From positions 1 to 64,000 of the forward strand of contig NIVC01002866.1 of the NCBI GenBank assembly GCA_002269645.1: a DNA stretch of 64,000 nucleotides. The letters run 5' to 3'. The position numbers and the translations under genes are program-made. Below are positions 50,289-62,904 of this stretch, piece after piece. Position 1 is the first letter of the stretch; every line of letters starts with the position of its first letter. The notes beneath the pieces were generated by a model. That model saw nothing but the letters and a program-made list of their open reading frames with translations. It ran no database searches and was not told the DNA's origin. Origin of the DNA: Macrostomum lignano. Lineage: Eukaryota.

Positions 50289-50400
50289 ATAACAGCCGGC
50301 GCTAAACCTGGCCGGCGACACCCCGGAGGAGCGCAGGAATGAATTGCGCGACTTCTTCGCCAGCATCGTGAACGCACCCGCGTCGCCGCTGCTCAGATTT
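50289..50400 (+). mobile_element. Short LINE ORF2 scrap
   Basis: Reads PALNLAGDTPEERRNELRDFFASIVN, resembling the pre-RT W..(H/Y)F..LLN region of LINEs. Confidence 0.4.
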
Positions 50401-50948
50401 CCCATAGGCATCACTCAAGAGGATTCGGTTCAGCAGTTTTCCTCTAACTGGCTGGCTGCAATAGCGGTATTTAACTTTAAAATAACTGGAAATCAATTTA
50501 TTTTTTTCTATTGATTCTGCCATATCAATAGTGTCTGAGGAAATTGATTAATGGTTTATAGTGCGGCTTGCGTGCATCTGCCCATCTGTGGGGCGGCGGC
50601 TGAACCAGCCAGCAGCTTCCTGCATTAAAAAAACTGCTGATAGAAGCTGGGCTTGTCTGAGTTGAATTTTTTTTAATAAAATCATTTTCTTCCCTACTGG
50701 TTGGGGACGGGCTTGCAGAGCACTGCAAGAGCATTGCGGAAGCTCAAGTCGCCCACGCAATGCTCTGACATTAGCCCAGTCCTGCCAGCCAGCCTTTCCC
50801 ACCCCCGAACACAAAAATGCATATAAGGGTTGCCGGATTTCAAGAGTTTCTTTGCTCTCTCTGCATTGTGTGAAGAATCTGCTGAGAGATTTTCAGCTAC
50901 ACTAAATTATTTCTGTTCCAAATTTTGACAGCATTGAGTCAGTCTAAC

Positions 50949-51394
50949 ATGGCTAAGTAAGTTATCGAGAGACAGGCAATATTCCTCATATTCAGAAACC
51001 TTTCTTCATTCCTCATTTTTCTCCATCTCCACTCAGGGCTCTCCTAAAGTCCCCGGTCTCGGCGGCTGCTGTCGCTCTGCTTCTGAGCCTGCAGGTCGCC
51101 TTCGAAGTTGACGCCGCCTTCAGCAGGCGCTGCTTCGTGACCCGACTTGACCAGGCGAGCGGCGTCCTGCGTGACAGCCTCGAGCGCTGCGACGCTGACA
51201 AGCCATTCTGCTTTCGCGGCCGCCTGACCCGCCTGGGCGAATCGGCCGTCAAGCAGCTGTACAACTGGCCGGTTCGCGCTGGCCGAGTCATGCGCGGCTG
51301 CGTCCAGTCGAGACAGCCGCCGGACGAATCGGTTCGACGCTGGTACGAGCCCAGAGGTTTGGCTGTGTGCGTCCACGACGGCTGCAATAATTAA
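50949..51394 (+). CDS. Small secreted three-finger (Ly6/uPAR-like) protein with 6 Cys (exons 50949-50956, 51037-51394; ~121 aa)
   Basis: ATGGCTAA|gtaagt...actcag|G gives MAKALLKSPVSAAAVALLLSLQVAFEVDA (signal-like), then C-x18-C-x6-C...RGC...C-x4-CN-N-stop. Confidence 0.65.
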
Positions 51395-52161
51395 CGATGA
51401 GCAACTCTAACTGAACCGAGTTACAATAGAATGCTAGGCGTTATAAGGGATCGGAGTGTTGAAATCGATGGATTCAGTTGCAAGCTTCTTTGGCGTGAAC
51501 GAAAGAGATTGGATTCTTAGGATGCATGGATTTAGTAAGTTAGTATCAGGCGCAATTATCTTTGTTGAGCATTGACTCAGAGACACTTGCAGAGGAACGC
51601 AAAGATCTCTCGATTTTTTTTCTCAAGCAGGCACTTCGGCACTGAAGATTGGCTGACATGGGCGTTCGTTGTGGCCATATATAGGAGGAAGTTGTAAATG
51701 TTTTTGTTTGCAGTTGTATCACATCCAGTCTTAAAACTCTTCAAGTCTACCAATAAACTTTCCGGGTCTAAGGTTCAGGGTTACAATTAACCTGGTTATT
51801 GAAGCTTGCAATTGAAATCTTTAAATATTCAATATCTCAAAAAGCTTTGCATTCTTTGAATAAACAGCGAAATCCCCTAGATCCCCTAGATTCCCTAGCT
51901 AATACGCCAGCTCGCGTTTTATAAATTTCGAGATACTTTTGTCAACAACTGTTCTTTTGAGCAAACCGCTAATATAATGAGTGAGCAGTTTACTTCAGAA
52001 AAAAATCGAAATCCATACCTTTAAATGACTTTGTTGACATGAATTTATATGCATATTCATGCGCGCGTGCCACCAAAGCAGTGCCAAATTGCCAATGTAT
52101 GTATAAATGTACATGCACCATATGTCGGATGCTTTCCAACGCCTGCAAGTTTAGGCTCTCC

Positions 52162-52242
<81 letters not shown>

Positions 52243-52289
52243 GGGCGTGAAGTCATTTCCAAGCTGTTCATGTTCATTCATTGAGACAG

Positions 52290-53460
52290 GTTCTTTAGAA
52301 AGCTTGCTGCCTGTCTTCCACGATCTCCAGCTTCCTTTAATCTTCCATTCCTCCCTTTCTCATAATATGGCCAAAGAACTCCATCTACTCTACCATCTCC
52401 GAATTTTCGCTATCAACTTCCTTCTACAACCAGCAGAACATCTTCATTCTCTGTGACTGACCCAGCTCACTTTGAGAATTCACCTCGAGAACCACAATTC
52501 CTCTTCCTCGATTCTTTTCTCCATTGCCGGTGTTATTGTTGAGCACTCCGACCCATGTGTGAGAACAGGGAGACAGCAGACAAGAATTCTTAACTTCTTC
52601 GACTTACCCATTTGTCTGGATTTTTTCATCTGCTGCATGGAAGGCATCCTTTGCCATGCTGATTCTCCGTTTGATTCTCCGTGTTCACATTTTCCACCCG
52701 AAGTTATTAAACTTCCTAAATAGTTACATTTGCAAACTTGCTTCGCATGTTCACCATTTATGGTAATGTTGCGTACTGAAGCTTCTGTTTGGTAGCAACC
52801 AATGCCTTCTGAACCCATCTTCTCACTTTCCAGTGGCTCGCACCACTCTGTTTCTTGCAACTTCTCTTCCGTTTTCGTAATGAGCACTGTCTCATCAGCA
52901 TATCTCATTTTGGTCAAGTTCTGTCTTCCAATGACGAGTCCTGGTAGGTCTCCAATCTAGTCTCACAGAATCTTCTTACTGTACAGGTTGAATACACCAG
53001 GAGAGAGGACACAGCCTTGCCTGACACCTTTCTTAGTCACCGCAAACTTTGTCAGTTCAGTCAATCTTTATAGCCGCGCTTTGCTTCCAATGCAGATTGC
53101 TAAGAACTCGAAGGTCTTTTCCATCAATGTCAAATTTCTTCGAACATCTTCATCAATTCTTCATGTCTGACACTATCAAAGGCCTTTGCATAGTCCATAA
53201 AACACAACTACGTACAGATTCTTCTTCATTTCAATATAGCTCTTTCACTCAGGAATCGAACAGCGAGAATGGCATTTCGGGCACCACAGTCCTCAACAAA
53301 GCCCCGCACTGAACTTCAGAGATCTCAACGTGGTCGTAATCTCTGTTTCGCGCTCATCATTCGAACCCTCATCAGCTTTTTGGTAATGTGGGTCAAGATG
53401 ACGGCAGTATAGTTTGCCATAGCTTGCTGCCTCAGTTAATGTTGTTGAGACATCATCTCT
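52290..53460 (-). mobile_element. Degenerate RTE-clade LINE reverse transcriptase fragment
   Basis: The minus strand gives RYADETVLI, YLGSLIT, a GVRQGCVLSP-like stretch (ggtgtcaggcaaggctgtgtcctctctcct) and LPVLTHGSEC, with stops and shifts. Confidence 0.8.
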
Positions 53461-55122
53461 AGCTGGATAGCCGTTGACTCATGAGTTCATCCGCCTTTTG
53501 GCAGGTCTTGTTTTTCATCCTGCACTGCAACGTGTCCAGACACACTCCTAATTAGTATAGGCTGAACTATTGGGGGCCGATTATAACTCGCCGATCATTC
53601 CACCAACAGACATGTATTAACTGCATGGTTTACATATGGTACCAGTAGCAGTCGGGGACTTACCTGACCTAGAAGCTGGTGTAGGCTAGCTGTTATAAAC
53701 GAAAAAGTTCGCAGAGAAAATATTTTTATAGAGAACCACTCTATATAAATGTTGTTTGTCCATGCGCTCGTTTGTTTGGTTATATCTGTTATAAACGAAA
53801 AATTTCCCAGAGCAATTAAGTAACTTAAACACCCTATGGATGTGTTTGTTTATCCAGAAAGTGTCGCAATTTATAAGAGAATTTTGGTCCAATATCCGAA
53901 CAAAGACACATTGTTAGCTTCAATTGTAAGCAATGATCGGCGGTCGTCAGTTTAATCATCTATATCGCGCATATTCAAAGTCGTCGTTTGGTAATTATCG
54001 CGGCGAGCGCGCGCGCCCGTCTGTGTCCAGCTGGGGGCCGAAGCCCTACTAGTATTTTCGCTATTTCGCCTGTATTGCGTCGAAGATTCGAATTACAAAT
54101 CATATGTTTAAAGTACTTTCTAAAAGTCTACATCTTTAATTGTAAGCTTGGCATTGCTATCAGTTGGCTAGCCAGCTAGATGGCCTATTTATTAAGTCGA
54201 ATAATGTCATCCTGAAAGAACTAGCCTAGGTCTAGGTAAATTTTAAATTGATTAGTGATTACTGATTAGTAAAGTAGTATCAACAATAAGACATGCAATA
54301 AAATGAAAGAGGCTTGTAATAATTTATTATAATTTAAGTAGAAATACAACATAATCCTTTCTCATTACTCATTGTTACATATATCATTTTATTTTTTGCC
54401 TTAGGCATTTTATCTAATGCTAAAGCATAAGTCTAAAGCATAAACTAATGCTATTTTACTTTAATACTTTATAGTTATATACAAAATAATATTCTATATT
54501 AGTTTATAAACATTAAACAATTATGAAAAAGTTTAATATAACAGTATAACAATATTAATTTGATTATAAAAAATATAAATTGTTGTAAATTATATGAATT
54601 CATAATTCAAGCTAACTAATTAGGGGCCTACATAAACTTAGATTTTTAAATTTAATTGCATTTTTGATTATAAATACTTTTAAGCTTATAGCCCTAAATA
54701 TACTAAAAGTCTATTAATATTTATTTGTTTATGTGTATGTTTGTTGCTAAATTTCTTCTTAGACTATAGTATTAGTAAGTCCGCATTAAAAATTCCAATA
54801 TACTAAAATAATATACTAAAAATGAAAAAAGCCTTTGTATATATATGCAATCTATTATATCTCCCAAACAGTTCAAGCAATTTTACCATTTCTTCATCAA
54901 AAGATATGAAATATGCATAAATTGGGGTTTGCAGTCCTTTTGTCTACCTCCTTTTTGCCTGCCAACAGATGAAACCACTTTTTAAAAGAAAGAGTAAGAT
55001 CAGCTGCAAAACTTATAAAGCTAATTTTCTATTTTTTCAGTGTGCATGCATTCAAGAGACTCTATAACCAATTTTAATGATTGCATTAAAAAAATTCAGA
55101 AGAATATTATAAGAAAATAGCT

Positions 55123-57214
55123 ATGTGCATCCCATTGGTAAGATAATTACTTGACTTCTCAATTATGTAACTATATGAGGGATAATAATTAATTACTTTT
55201 TGGATGCTAGCAGAATATTTCCCTTAGCTTGTATAATGCTAATATTAATAATATAATTATTTAGTTTTTACTTCTATATAAAGTTTATAGTATATTCATT
55301 ATTTGATATAAAGCTAATATTTATATTCATATAGGCCCTATTCCAACTGCCTAGATCCCTATCTTCATTATCCCAACCTTCTAAATCCCTATCTACCACT
55401 TTCCTAATTATCCAAAACCCTATTTGCCATTATCCCAACCATTTATTTAATCAATATCTGCCATTATCCCAACCATTCAAATCTCTATCTGCCATGCCCA
55501 TGCCACTATCCCAACCATTCATTTAATCAGTATCTGCCATTATCCCAACCATTCAATCTCTATCTGCCATGCCATTATCCCATCCATTCATTTAATCCCT
55601 ATCCACCACTATCCCAACCTTCCAAATCCCCATCTACCACTATTGCAACCTTCCAAATACCTATCTGCCACTATCCCAACCTTCCAAATCCCCATCTGCC
55701 ACTATTCCAACCTTCCAAATCCCCATCTGCCACTATTCCAACCTTCTAAATTCCCATCTGCCATTATCCCAACCTTCCAAATCCCCATCTGCCACTATTC
55801 CAACCTTCCAAATTCCTATCTGCCACTATTCCAACCTTCCAAATTCCCATCTGCCACTATCCCAACCTTCCAAATCCCCATCTGCCACTATCCCAACCTT
55901 CCAAATTCCCATCTGCCACTATTCCAACCTTCCAAATCCCCATCTGCCACTATTCCAACCTTCCAAATTCCGATCTGCCACTATTCCAACCTTCCAAATC
56001 CCCATCTGCCACTATTCCAACCTTCCAAATTCCGATCTGCCACTATTCCAACCTTCCAAATCCCCATCTGCCACTATTCCAACCTTCCAAATTCCCATGG
56101 ATATGACACAATAAGCCCAGATCCCAACCGTCCGAATCCCAAATACTTTGGCACTAATCCCAGAAACAAAAAATTCCAATGGGAAATACCTCAAACAATG
56201 CAATCCCACCATTGCAGTCCTGGCAGCTAGCAGCCAAGCGCCTCCTGGCAGCGGCCTATTCGCCGCGTTACCTCTTAGCAACGAACTGCGCCACAGCTGG
56301 CAGCCTCTTCGTTCTGGCCGATTGCGCCGCTCAACGAATTGAAACTCTGGCTGGCGGTAGCAGCGCCATTAGGGCGCACGATTGGCGCCGCTCCGGCAGG
56401 CTGGGCCTGATTGGCCTGATTGGGGCCGTGCCGGCTCACTATTGGTACCTTACGCTGGACAGGCGGTTGCCTGGACGGACACCTGGAACTATGCTGGCCA
56501 AGGTAGCGTTTGGCTTCTGTCCGTAGTTCTTCCTGATTCCTCAGGCTCCCCGCTATGTCCCCTCCCTGATTCCTCAGGCTCCCCGCTATGTCCCCTTTCT
56601 GATTCCTCAGGCTCCCCGCTATGTCCCCTCCCTGATTCCTCAGGCTCCCCGCTATGTCCCCTCCCTGATTCCTCAGGCTCCCCGCTATGTCCCCTCCCTG
56701 ATTCCTCAGGCTCCCCGCTATGTCCCCTCCCTGATTCCTCAGGCTCCCCGCTATGTCCCCTCCCTGATTCCTCAGGCTCCCCGCTATGTCCCCTCCCTGA
56801 TTCCTCAGGCTCCCCGCCATGTCCCCTCCCTGATTCCTCAGGCTCCCCGCTATGTCCCCTTCCTGATTCCTCAGGCTCCCCGATATGTCCCTCCCTGATT
56901 CCTCAGGCTCCCCGCCACCCTCTTCACTGCAGATTCTGCTGGACCAGGCGGTGTTTGGCGTCTGCTTCAACCTGGCCTTCTTCACCGCCCTGCCTCTGAT
57001 GGAAGGCCGGTCCTGGCGCGACAGCCTGTATTACTGTCGGGATAAATTTCCCACCGCCCTGGCTGTCGAAGCCTGCGTGTGGCCGGCCGCTCAGGCCGTG
57101 AATTTCTATTGGCTGCCAACTAGGCTGCGGCTGTTCTTTGTGACAGGCCTGGCCGCCGTGTGGGACGTGTTCCTGTCCTGGTATTCGCACAGGTCTCCGC
57201 CTGTTGAAGAGTAG
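55123..57214 (+). CDS. MPV17L2: Mpv17/PMP22-family protein, MPV17L2-like (exons 55123-55137 tentative, 56218-56502, 56933-57214)
   Basis: RYLLATN, LADCAAQRIE, HYWYLTLDR, KILLDQ, CVWPAAQAVNF, WDVFLSWYSHRSP. The 5-codon first exon MCIPL is inferred from its in-frame GT-AG fit. Confidence 0.85.
55370..56095. repeat. 31-bp minisatellite in MPV17L2 intron 1 (ccaaatccccatctgccactattccaacctt)
   Basis: Tandem copies that degrade toward the 5' end. Confidence 0.9.
56531..56915. repeat. 33-bp minisatellite in MPV17L2 intron 2 (cctgattcctcaggctccccgctatgtcccctc)
   Basis: About 12 copies. Confidence 0.95.
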
Positions 57215-57714
57215 GCAGCAGTTCTGTCTTCTAGTTTTAGTGAATAGTGGAAAATATTATTCTGCAAATGCTTAACTGCATTGCATTTTAGCATATTTTA
57301 GCGATTTTTTTCCACAAGAAACATTCGTTGTTACTACTTAAATTTAGACAAAAAAGTAGTAATGTTTTTGCATTGTTAATTTCTTAACGGTTGTCAATGA
57401 CGTCCTGCAATTCAATCATTTTTTTCGTTACCTCACCCCTTTGCGAATTGTACACTTTACTGGGAGAACTTTTTGGTGCGCAAGTTTTTGACTGGTTTAA
57501 TTTAAATTTTATCTAAGTCAGACTTTAACAAACTTTTCTGACCGATCTATTATCAGTGAGTAATTTTTCTGTTTTGTTTCTTTTTTGGCTCTATTTGGAA
57601 TTTCGGGCTTGCTAATGTGAGGTCTATCGATATAAGTTGTTTCCTAGGTAGGGTCCAAGTTCCCAGGGTTTTGTATTGCTTGCTGATGTAGCAAATATTG
57701 TTTGTAAGGAAAAT

Positions 57715-58650
57715 TCTGCGTTGCTACGGAGAGAGTCTTGGTTGTTAAGGTAGAATATGCGTTGCTAGGGAGAGAGTCTCGGTTGCTATGGTAGTACAGT
57801 ATCTGCGTTGCTAAAGAGAGTTGCTAATGTAGAATATGCGTTATTAAGGAGAGAGTCTCAGTTGCTAAGGTAGAATCTGCGTTGCTAAAGAGAGTTGCTA
57901 ATATAGAATATGCGTTGTTAAGGCGAGAGTCTTGGTTGCTAAGGTAGAATCTGCGTTGCTAAGGAGAGAGTCTCAGTTGCTATGGTAGAATCCGCGTTGC
58001 TAAAGAGAGTTGCTAATGTAGAATATGCGTTATTAAGGAGAGAGTCTCAGTTGCTAAGGTAGAATCTGCGTTGCTAAGGAGAATTGCTAATGTAGAATAT
58101 GCGTTGTTAAGGCGAGTCTTGGTTGCTAAGGTAGAATCTGCGTTGCTAAGGAGAGAGTCTCAGTTGCTATGGTAGAATCCGCGTTGCTAAAGAGAGTTGC
58201 TAATGTAGAATATGCGTTGCTAGGGAGAGAGTCTCGGTTGCTAAGGTAGAATCTGCGTTGCTAAAGAGAGTTGCTAATGTAGAATATGCGTTATTAAGGA
58301 GAGAGTCTTGGTTGCTAAGGTAGAATCTGCGTTGCTAAAGAGAGTTGCTAATGTAGAATATGCGTTGTTAAGGCGAGTCTTGGTTGCTAAGGTAGAATCT
58401 GCGTTGCTAAGGAGAATTGCTAATGTAGAATATGCGTTGTTAAGGCGAGTCTTGGTTGCTAAGGTAGAATCTGCGTTGCTAAGGAGAGAGTCTCAGTTGC
58501 TATAGTAGAATCTGCGTTGCTAAAGAGAGTTGCTAATGTAGAATATGCGTTATTAAGGAGAGAGTCTCGGTTGCTATGGTAGAATCTCTGCGTTGCTAAG
58601 AAGAAAATCTTGGTTGCCAAGGTAGAATCTGCGTTGCTAAGGAGAGAGTC
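57715..58650. repeat. Compound minisatellite between MPV17L2 and eIF2D (gttgcta core; ~20-bp subunits in higher-order blocks)
   Basis: gttgctaaggtagaatctgc, gttgctaaagaga and gttgctaatgtagaatatgc blocks recur. Confidence 0.9.
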
Positions 58651-58706
58651 TTGATTGCTGGGTAAATTCCCAATTTGATAACAATTGATGCAACCACAGC
58701 CCAACA

Positions 58707-61700
58707 ATGCCCGGTCTATTTCACAAGCCCTTCCGCGTCAAATCGCACGCCAAGCTGAAATCCACTGAGCGCCGGCAGCTGCTCGACGAGCTTCGCCGTT
58801 GCTACCCAGACGCTTTCGCAATTTCCGGAGGCGACGAGGCGGAAATTCGCCTGCTCGGTGGCAACCGGAAGTGCGACCTCTTCAAATCTAAGATTGTGGC
58901 GCACACGGACCAGACGGGCTTCGTGTACTTTGCAGCCGGCCAGCCAATACTGTACAATTTTAGTGAAGGCCTCCGCCCCACTGTCTACGCCTTGTGGCGC
59001 GCTCCGCTTATGTCTAATGGCGCGTGCGTTGACGCCGCTTCCGGCCTGTTGTCGGTGCTGCAGAACGGCGCCGATCTGATGGCGCCGGGCTTGGTGGCGC
59101 CGATGCCGGATTCGTTAGCTCGCGGCGCTCCGTGCTGCCTGCGGCTTGCTGGCCAGTTTGTGGCTGTTGGCCGGGCGGCGGCCACCGCGGCCGAGCTGGC
59201 AAAGAGCGGAGGCCGGGGCAGGGCCGTACTGGTTGATCACGTGATCGGCGATCAGCTGTGGCTGCGCGGAGACCAGAGTGTCGGCCCCACGACTGCCGAC
59301 GCTGCCGTTGCTGCCGCTGCTGTAGAAGAAGAAGCTGAAGTCAAGGTGGCGCAACTGTCCGAAGAGATGGGCGCGGCGTCCGTGGACTCGAGCTGTAACA
59401 AACCTAACGAGCAGTTCGACGAGGACTCCGGCGAGAGCGATGCGGAGGCCGCTGTAGAGGTGCGTTTGGAGGTGTTAAAACTCGATTTGTGGGATATTTA
59501 ATGAGTTTTTTAGTTTCAAATCCCTTGATGGGAGATTCTGTGGATTGTAAAAATCCCTTGATGGGAGATTCAGTGGATTTGAAAATCCCTTGATGTGAGA
59601 TTCAGTGGATTGTGAAAATCCCTTGATGTGAGATTCAGTGGGTCGAAAAAATCCCTTGATGGGAGATTCAGTGGATTGTAAAAATCACTTGATGGGAGAT
59701 TCAGTGGAGTGTAAAAAATCCCTTGGTGGGAGATTCAGTGGAGTGTAAAAAATCCCTTGATGGGAGATTCAGTGGAGTGTAAAAAATCCCTTGATGGGAG
59801 ATTCAGTGGAGTGTAAAAAATCCCTTGATGGGAGATTCAGTGGAGTGTAAAAAATCCCTTGATGGGAGATTCAGTGGAGTGTAAAAAATCCCTTGATGGG
59901 AGATTCAGTGGGTTGTAAAAAATCCCTTGATGGGAGATTCAGTGGAGTGTAAAAAATCCCTTGATGGGAGATTCAGTGGGTTGTAAAAAATCCCTTGATG
60001 GGAGATTCAGTGGAGTGTAAAAAATCCCTTGATGGGAGATTCAGTGGAGTGTAAAAAATCCCTTGATGGGAGATTCAGTGGAGTGTAAAAAATCCCTTGA
60101 TGGGAGATTCAGTGGAGTGTAAAAAATCCCTTGATGGGAGATTCAGTGGAGTGTAAAAAATCCCTTGATGGGAGATTCAGTGGGTTGTAAAAAATCCCTT
60201 GGTGGGAGATTCAGTGGAGTGTAAAAAATCCCTTGATGGGAGATTCAGTGGAGTGTAAAAAATCCCTTGATGGGAGATTCAGTGGAGTGTAAAAAAATCC
60301 CTTGATGGGAGATTCAGTGGAGTGTAAAAAATCCCTTGGTGGGAGATTCAGTGGAGTGTAAAAAATCCCTTGATGGGAGATTCAGTGGAGTGTAAAAAAT
60401 CCCTTGATGGGAGATTCAGTAGGTCGAAAAAATCCCTTGGTGGGAGATTCAGTGGAGTGTAAAAAATCCCTTGATGGGAGATTCAGTAGGTCGAAAAAAT
60501 CCCTTGGTGGGAGATTCAGTGGAGTGTAAAAAATCCCTTGGTGGGAGATTCAGTGGAGTGTAAAAATTGTTAAAGAGAAAAGAACTTGGCTAGAAAAAAT
60601 TGACCAACTATGCCACCACTCAGTCCGCAGATCGGCACCTGTTGAACTGCCTATTGCACTCTTTGTTACAAAAGATCCACGACAAAGACTTGCCAATACT
60701 GTGCAGCTCCCTGCTAGCCAACTACATGTCCAGGTATTCGTCCGGCAGCCCGCTAAATCTCAAGGCTACCAGCTATAAGAAGTTTGGCGCATTTGTGCAA
60801 GCAATGAAAGACGAAGGTCTGTTGGAGCTCAACAACGATAAGGGCGTCATGTCGGTTGTGTCAATCAACTGGCGACACCCGCTGTTGCAGGGGGAACTTC
60901 AGCCTTCGCTCACCTACGTTGATCCGGCTGCTGCATCGGCGTCGACGGCGGCTGCTGGTGCCGCCAGCTCCGGCGCTGCTGGCGAAGGCCCGCTGACCAT
61001 CGAGGACGTCCTGTTCGTCACGGCCAGCAGCGGGGAGCTGTTCAAACGTTGGGGCCACTGCAAAGGCAGCTGCTTGACTGGCAAACAGGTCCGACAGTTG
61101 ATTACGGAGTACGCTAAGGCTGAGGGATTGCAGGTGAGTGGCTGGGGATATGCTACTGATGTCTTCTTTCATATAAGTAGCTTGAACGGATATTATGTGC
61201 GAATTTGTGTAAATAGAGGAACGGATCGGGGGACGGCAGCTGAAGGATCGGGGAGGGGATGGCTGCTGAAGGATCGGTGAGGGGTGGCAACTGATGGATC
61301 AAAGAGGGGATGGCAGCTGGAGGATCGAGGAGGAGGTGGCAGCTGATGGATCAAAGAGGGGGTGGCAGCTGAAGGATCGGGGAGGGGACGGCAGCTGAAG
61401 GATCGGGGAGGGGATGGCTGCTGAAGGATCGGTGAGGGGTGGCAACTGATGGATCAAAGAGGGGGTGGCTGCTGGAGGATCGGGGAGGGGATGGCAGCTG
61501 GAGGATCGAGGAGGAGGTGGCAGCTGATGGATCAAAGAGGGGGTGGCAGCTGAAGGATCGGGGAGGGGATGGCAGCTGGAGGATCGGGGAGGGTGTGGCA
61601 GCTGGAGGATGGGGGATGATGCACCAGTCGCACCGAATGCAACGCCCGCAGATGGCAGGCCGGCCGGGCGAGGTCACCCTGGACGCTTTGCTGAGCCGTC

Positions 61701-62904
61701 TGGCCAGCCAGTGCGGCCGGCCTGTGCTGGAGGACTCGCTGCCCTGGGAGCGGCTGTTTCAGGTATTCGCTTGATTCTCTGATCTGACCCATTCACAGTA
61801 CAGCCAACACCCATTCACAGTACAGCCAACACCATTCACAGTACAGCCAACACCATTCACAGTACAGCCAACACCATTCACAGTACAGCCAACACCCATT
61901 CACAGTACAGCCAACACCATTCACAGTACAGCCAACACCCATTCACAGTACAGCCAACACCCCATTCACAGTACAGCCAACACCCATTCACAGTACAGCC
62001 AACACTTATTCACAGTACAGCCAACACCCCATTCACAGTACAGCCAACACCCCATTCACAGTACAGCCAACACCCCATTCACAGTACAGCCAACACCATT
62101 CACAGTACAGCCAACACCCCATTCACAGTACAGCCAACACCCATTCACAGTACAGCCAACACTTATTCACAGTACAGCCAACACCCCATTCACAGTACAG
62201 CCAACACCCCATTCACAGTACAGCCAACACCCCATTCACAGTACAGCCAACACCATTCACAGTACAGCCAACACCCATTCACAGTACAGCCAACACCCAT
62301 TCACAGTACAGCCAACACCCCATTCACAGTACAGCCAACACCCCATTCACAGTACAGCCAACACCATTCACAGTACAGCCAACACCCATTCACAGTACAG
62401 CCAACACCCCATTCACAGTACAGCCAACACCCCATTCACAGTACAGCCAACACCCCATTCACAGTACAGCCAACACCCATTCACAGTACAGCCAACACCC
62501 ATTCACAGGTGTGCTCGGCTTGCATGACACCAGGCTACAGGGTGCTGGACTGTCACGGCGCCGTCTTGCTGGAACGGCGCGGCGCCGCTCCGCGCGTATT
62601 GATGCGCGTCGAGTCGCGCGCGTCGAACAAGTGCGTGAGCCTGCTGGCCGGCCTGCCCGACTTCGGGGTGGACGCGGCGCAGTTCGCTAAACGGGTGCAG
62701 CGCGCGCTCTCAGTCAGCGCGGGTGTACAGTCGGCGCCCACCTGCGGAGGCTCCGGCGAGGTGGTGTCGGTGCAAGGCGACCAGCTGGCTTACCTGTACC
62801 GGCTGCTCACGGAGGACTATCAGATTTCTAAGAAATATGTCACCGGCTTCACGCCCGGCGGCAAGAAAAAGAAAAACAAGAGCAATAATAAAGGAAAGAA
62901 GTGA
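58707..62904 (+). CDS. EIF2D: Eukaryotic translation initiation factor 2D (ligatin; exons 58707-59459, 60624-61133, 61652-61762, 62509-62904; ~589 aa)
   Basis: FHKPFRVKSHAKLKSTERRQL, PTVYALW, LQNGADLMAPG (PUA), LKATSYKKFGAFVQAM (WH), a SWIB-like region, and SUI1 RASNKCVSLLAGL...VQGDQ. Confidence 0.93.
59515..60566. repeat. 34-bp minisatellite in eIF2D intron 1 (aaaaaatcccttgatgggagattcagtggagtgt)
   Basis: About 30 tandem copies. Confidence 0.95.
61200..61615. repeat. Purine-rich compound repeat in eIF2D intron 2 (ggatcggggaggggatggcagctgaa-like)
   Basis: Imperfect tandem copies. Confidence 0.85.
61790..62508. repeat. 21-23-bp minisatellite filling eIF2D intron 3 and ending at the acceptor (tacagccaacacccattcacag)
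   Basis: About 32 copies. The last copy supplies the AG at 62507-62508. Confidence 0.95.

Noticed and set aside
55643-56985. Pro-rich and GDIAGSLRNQG repeat ORFs
   Set aside because: They are translations of the 31-bp and 33-bp intronic arrays of MPV17L2.
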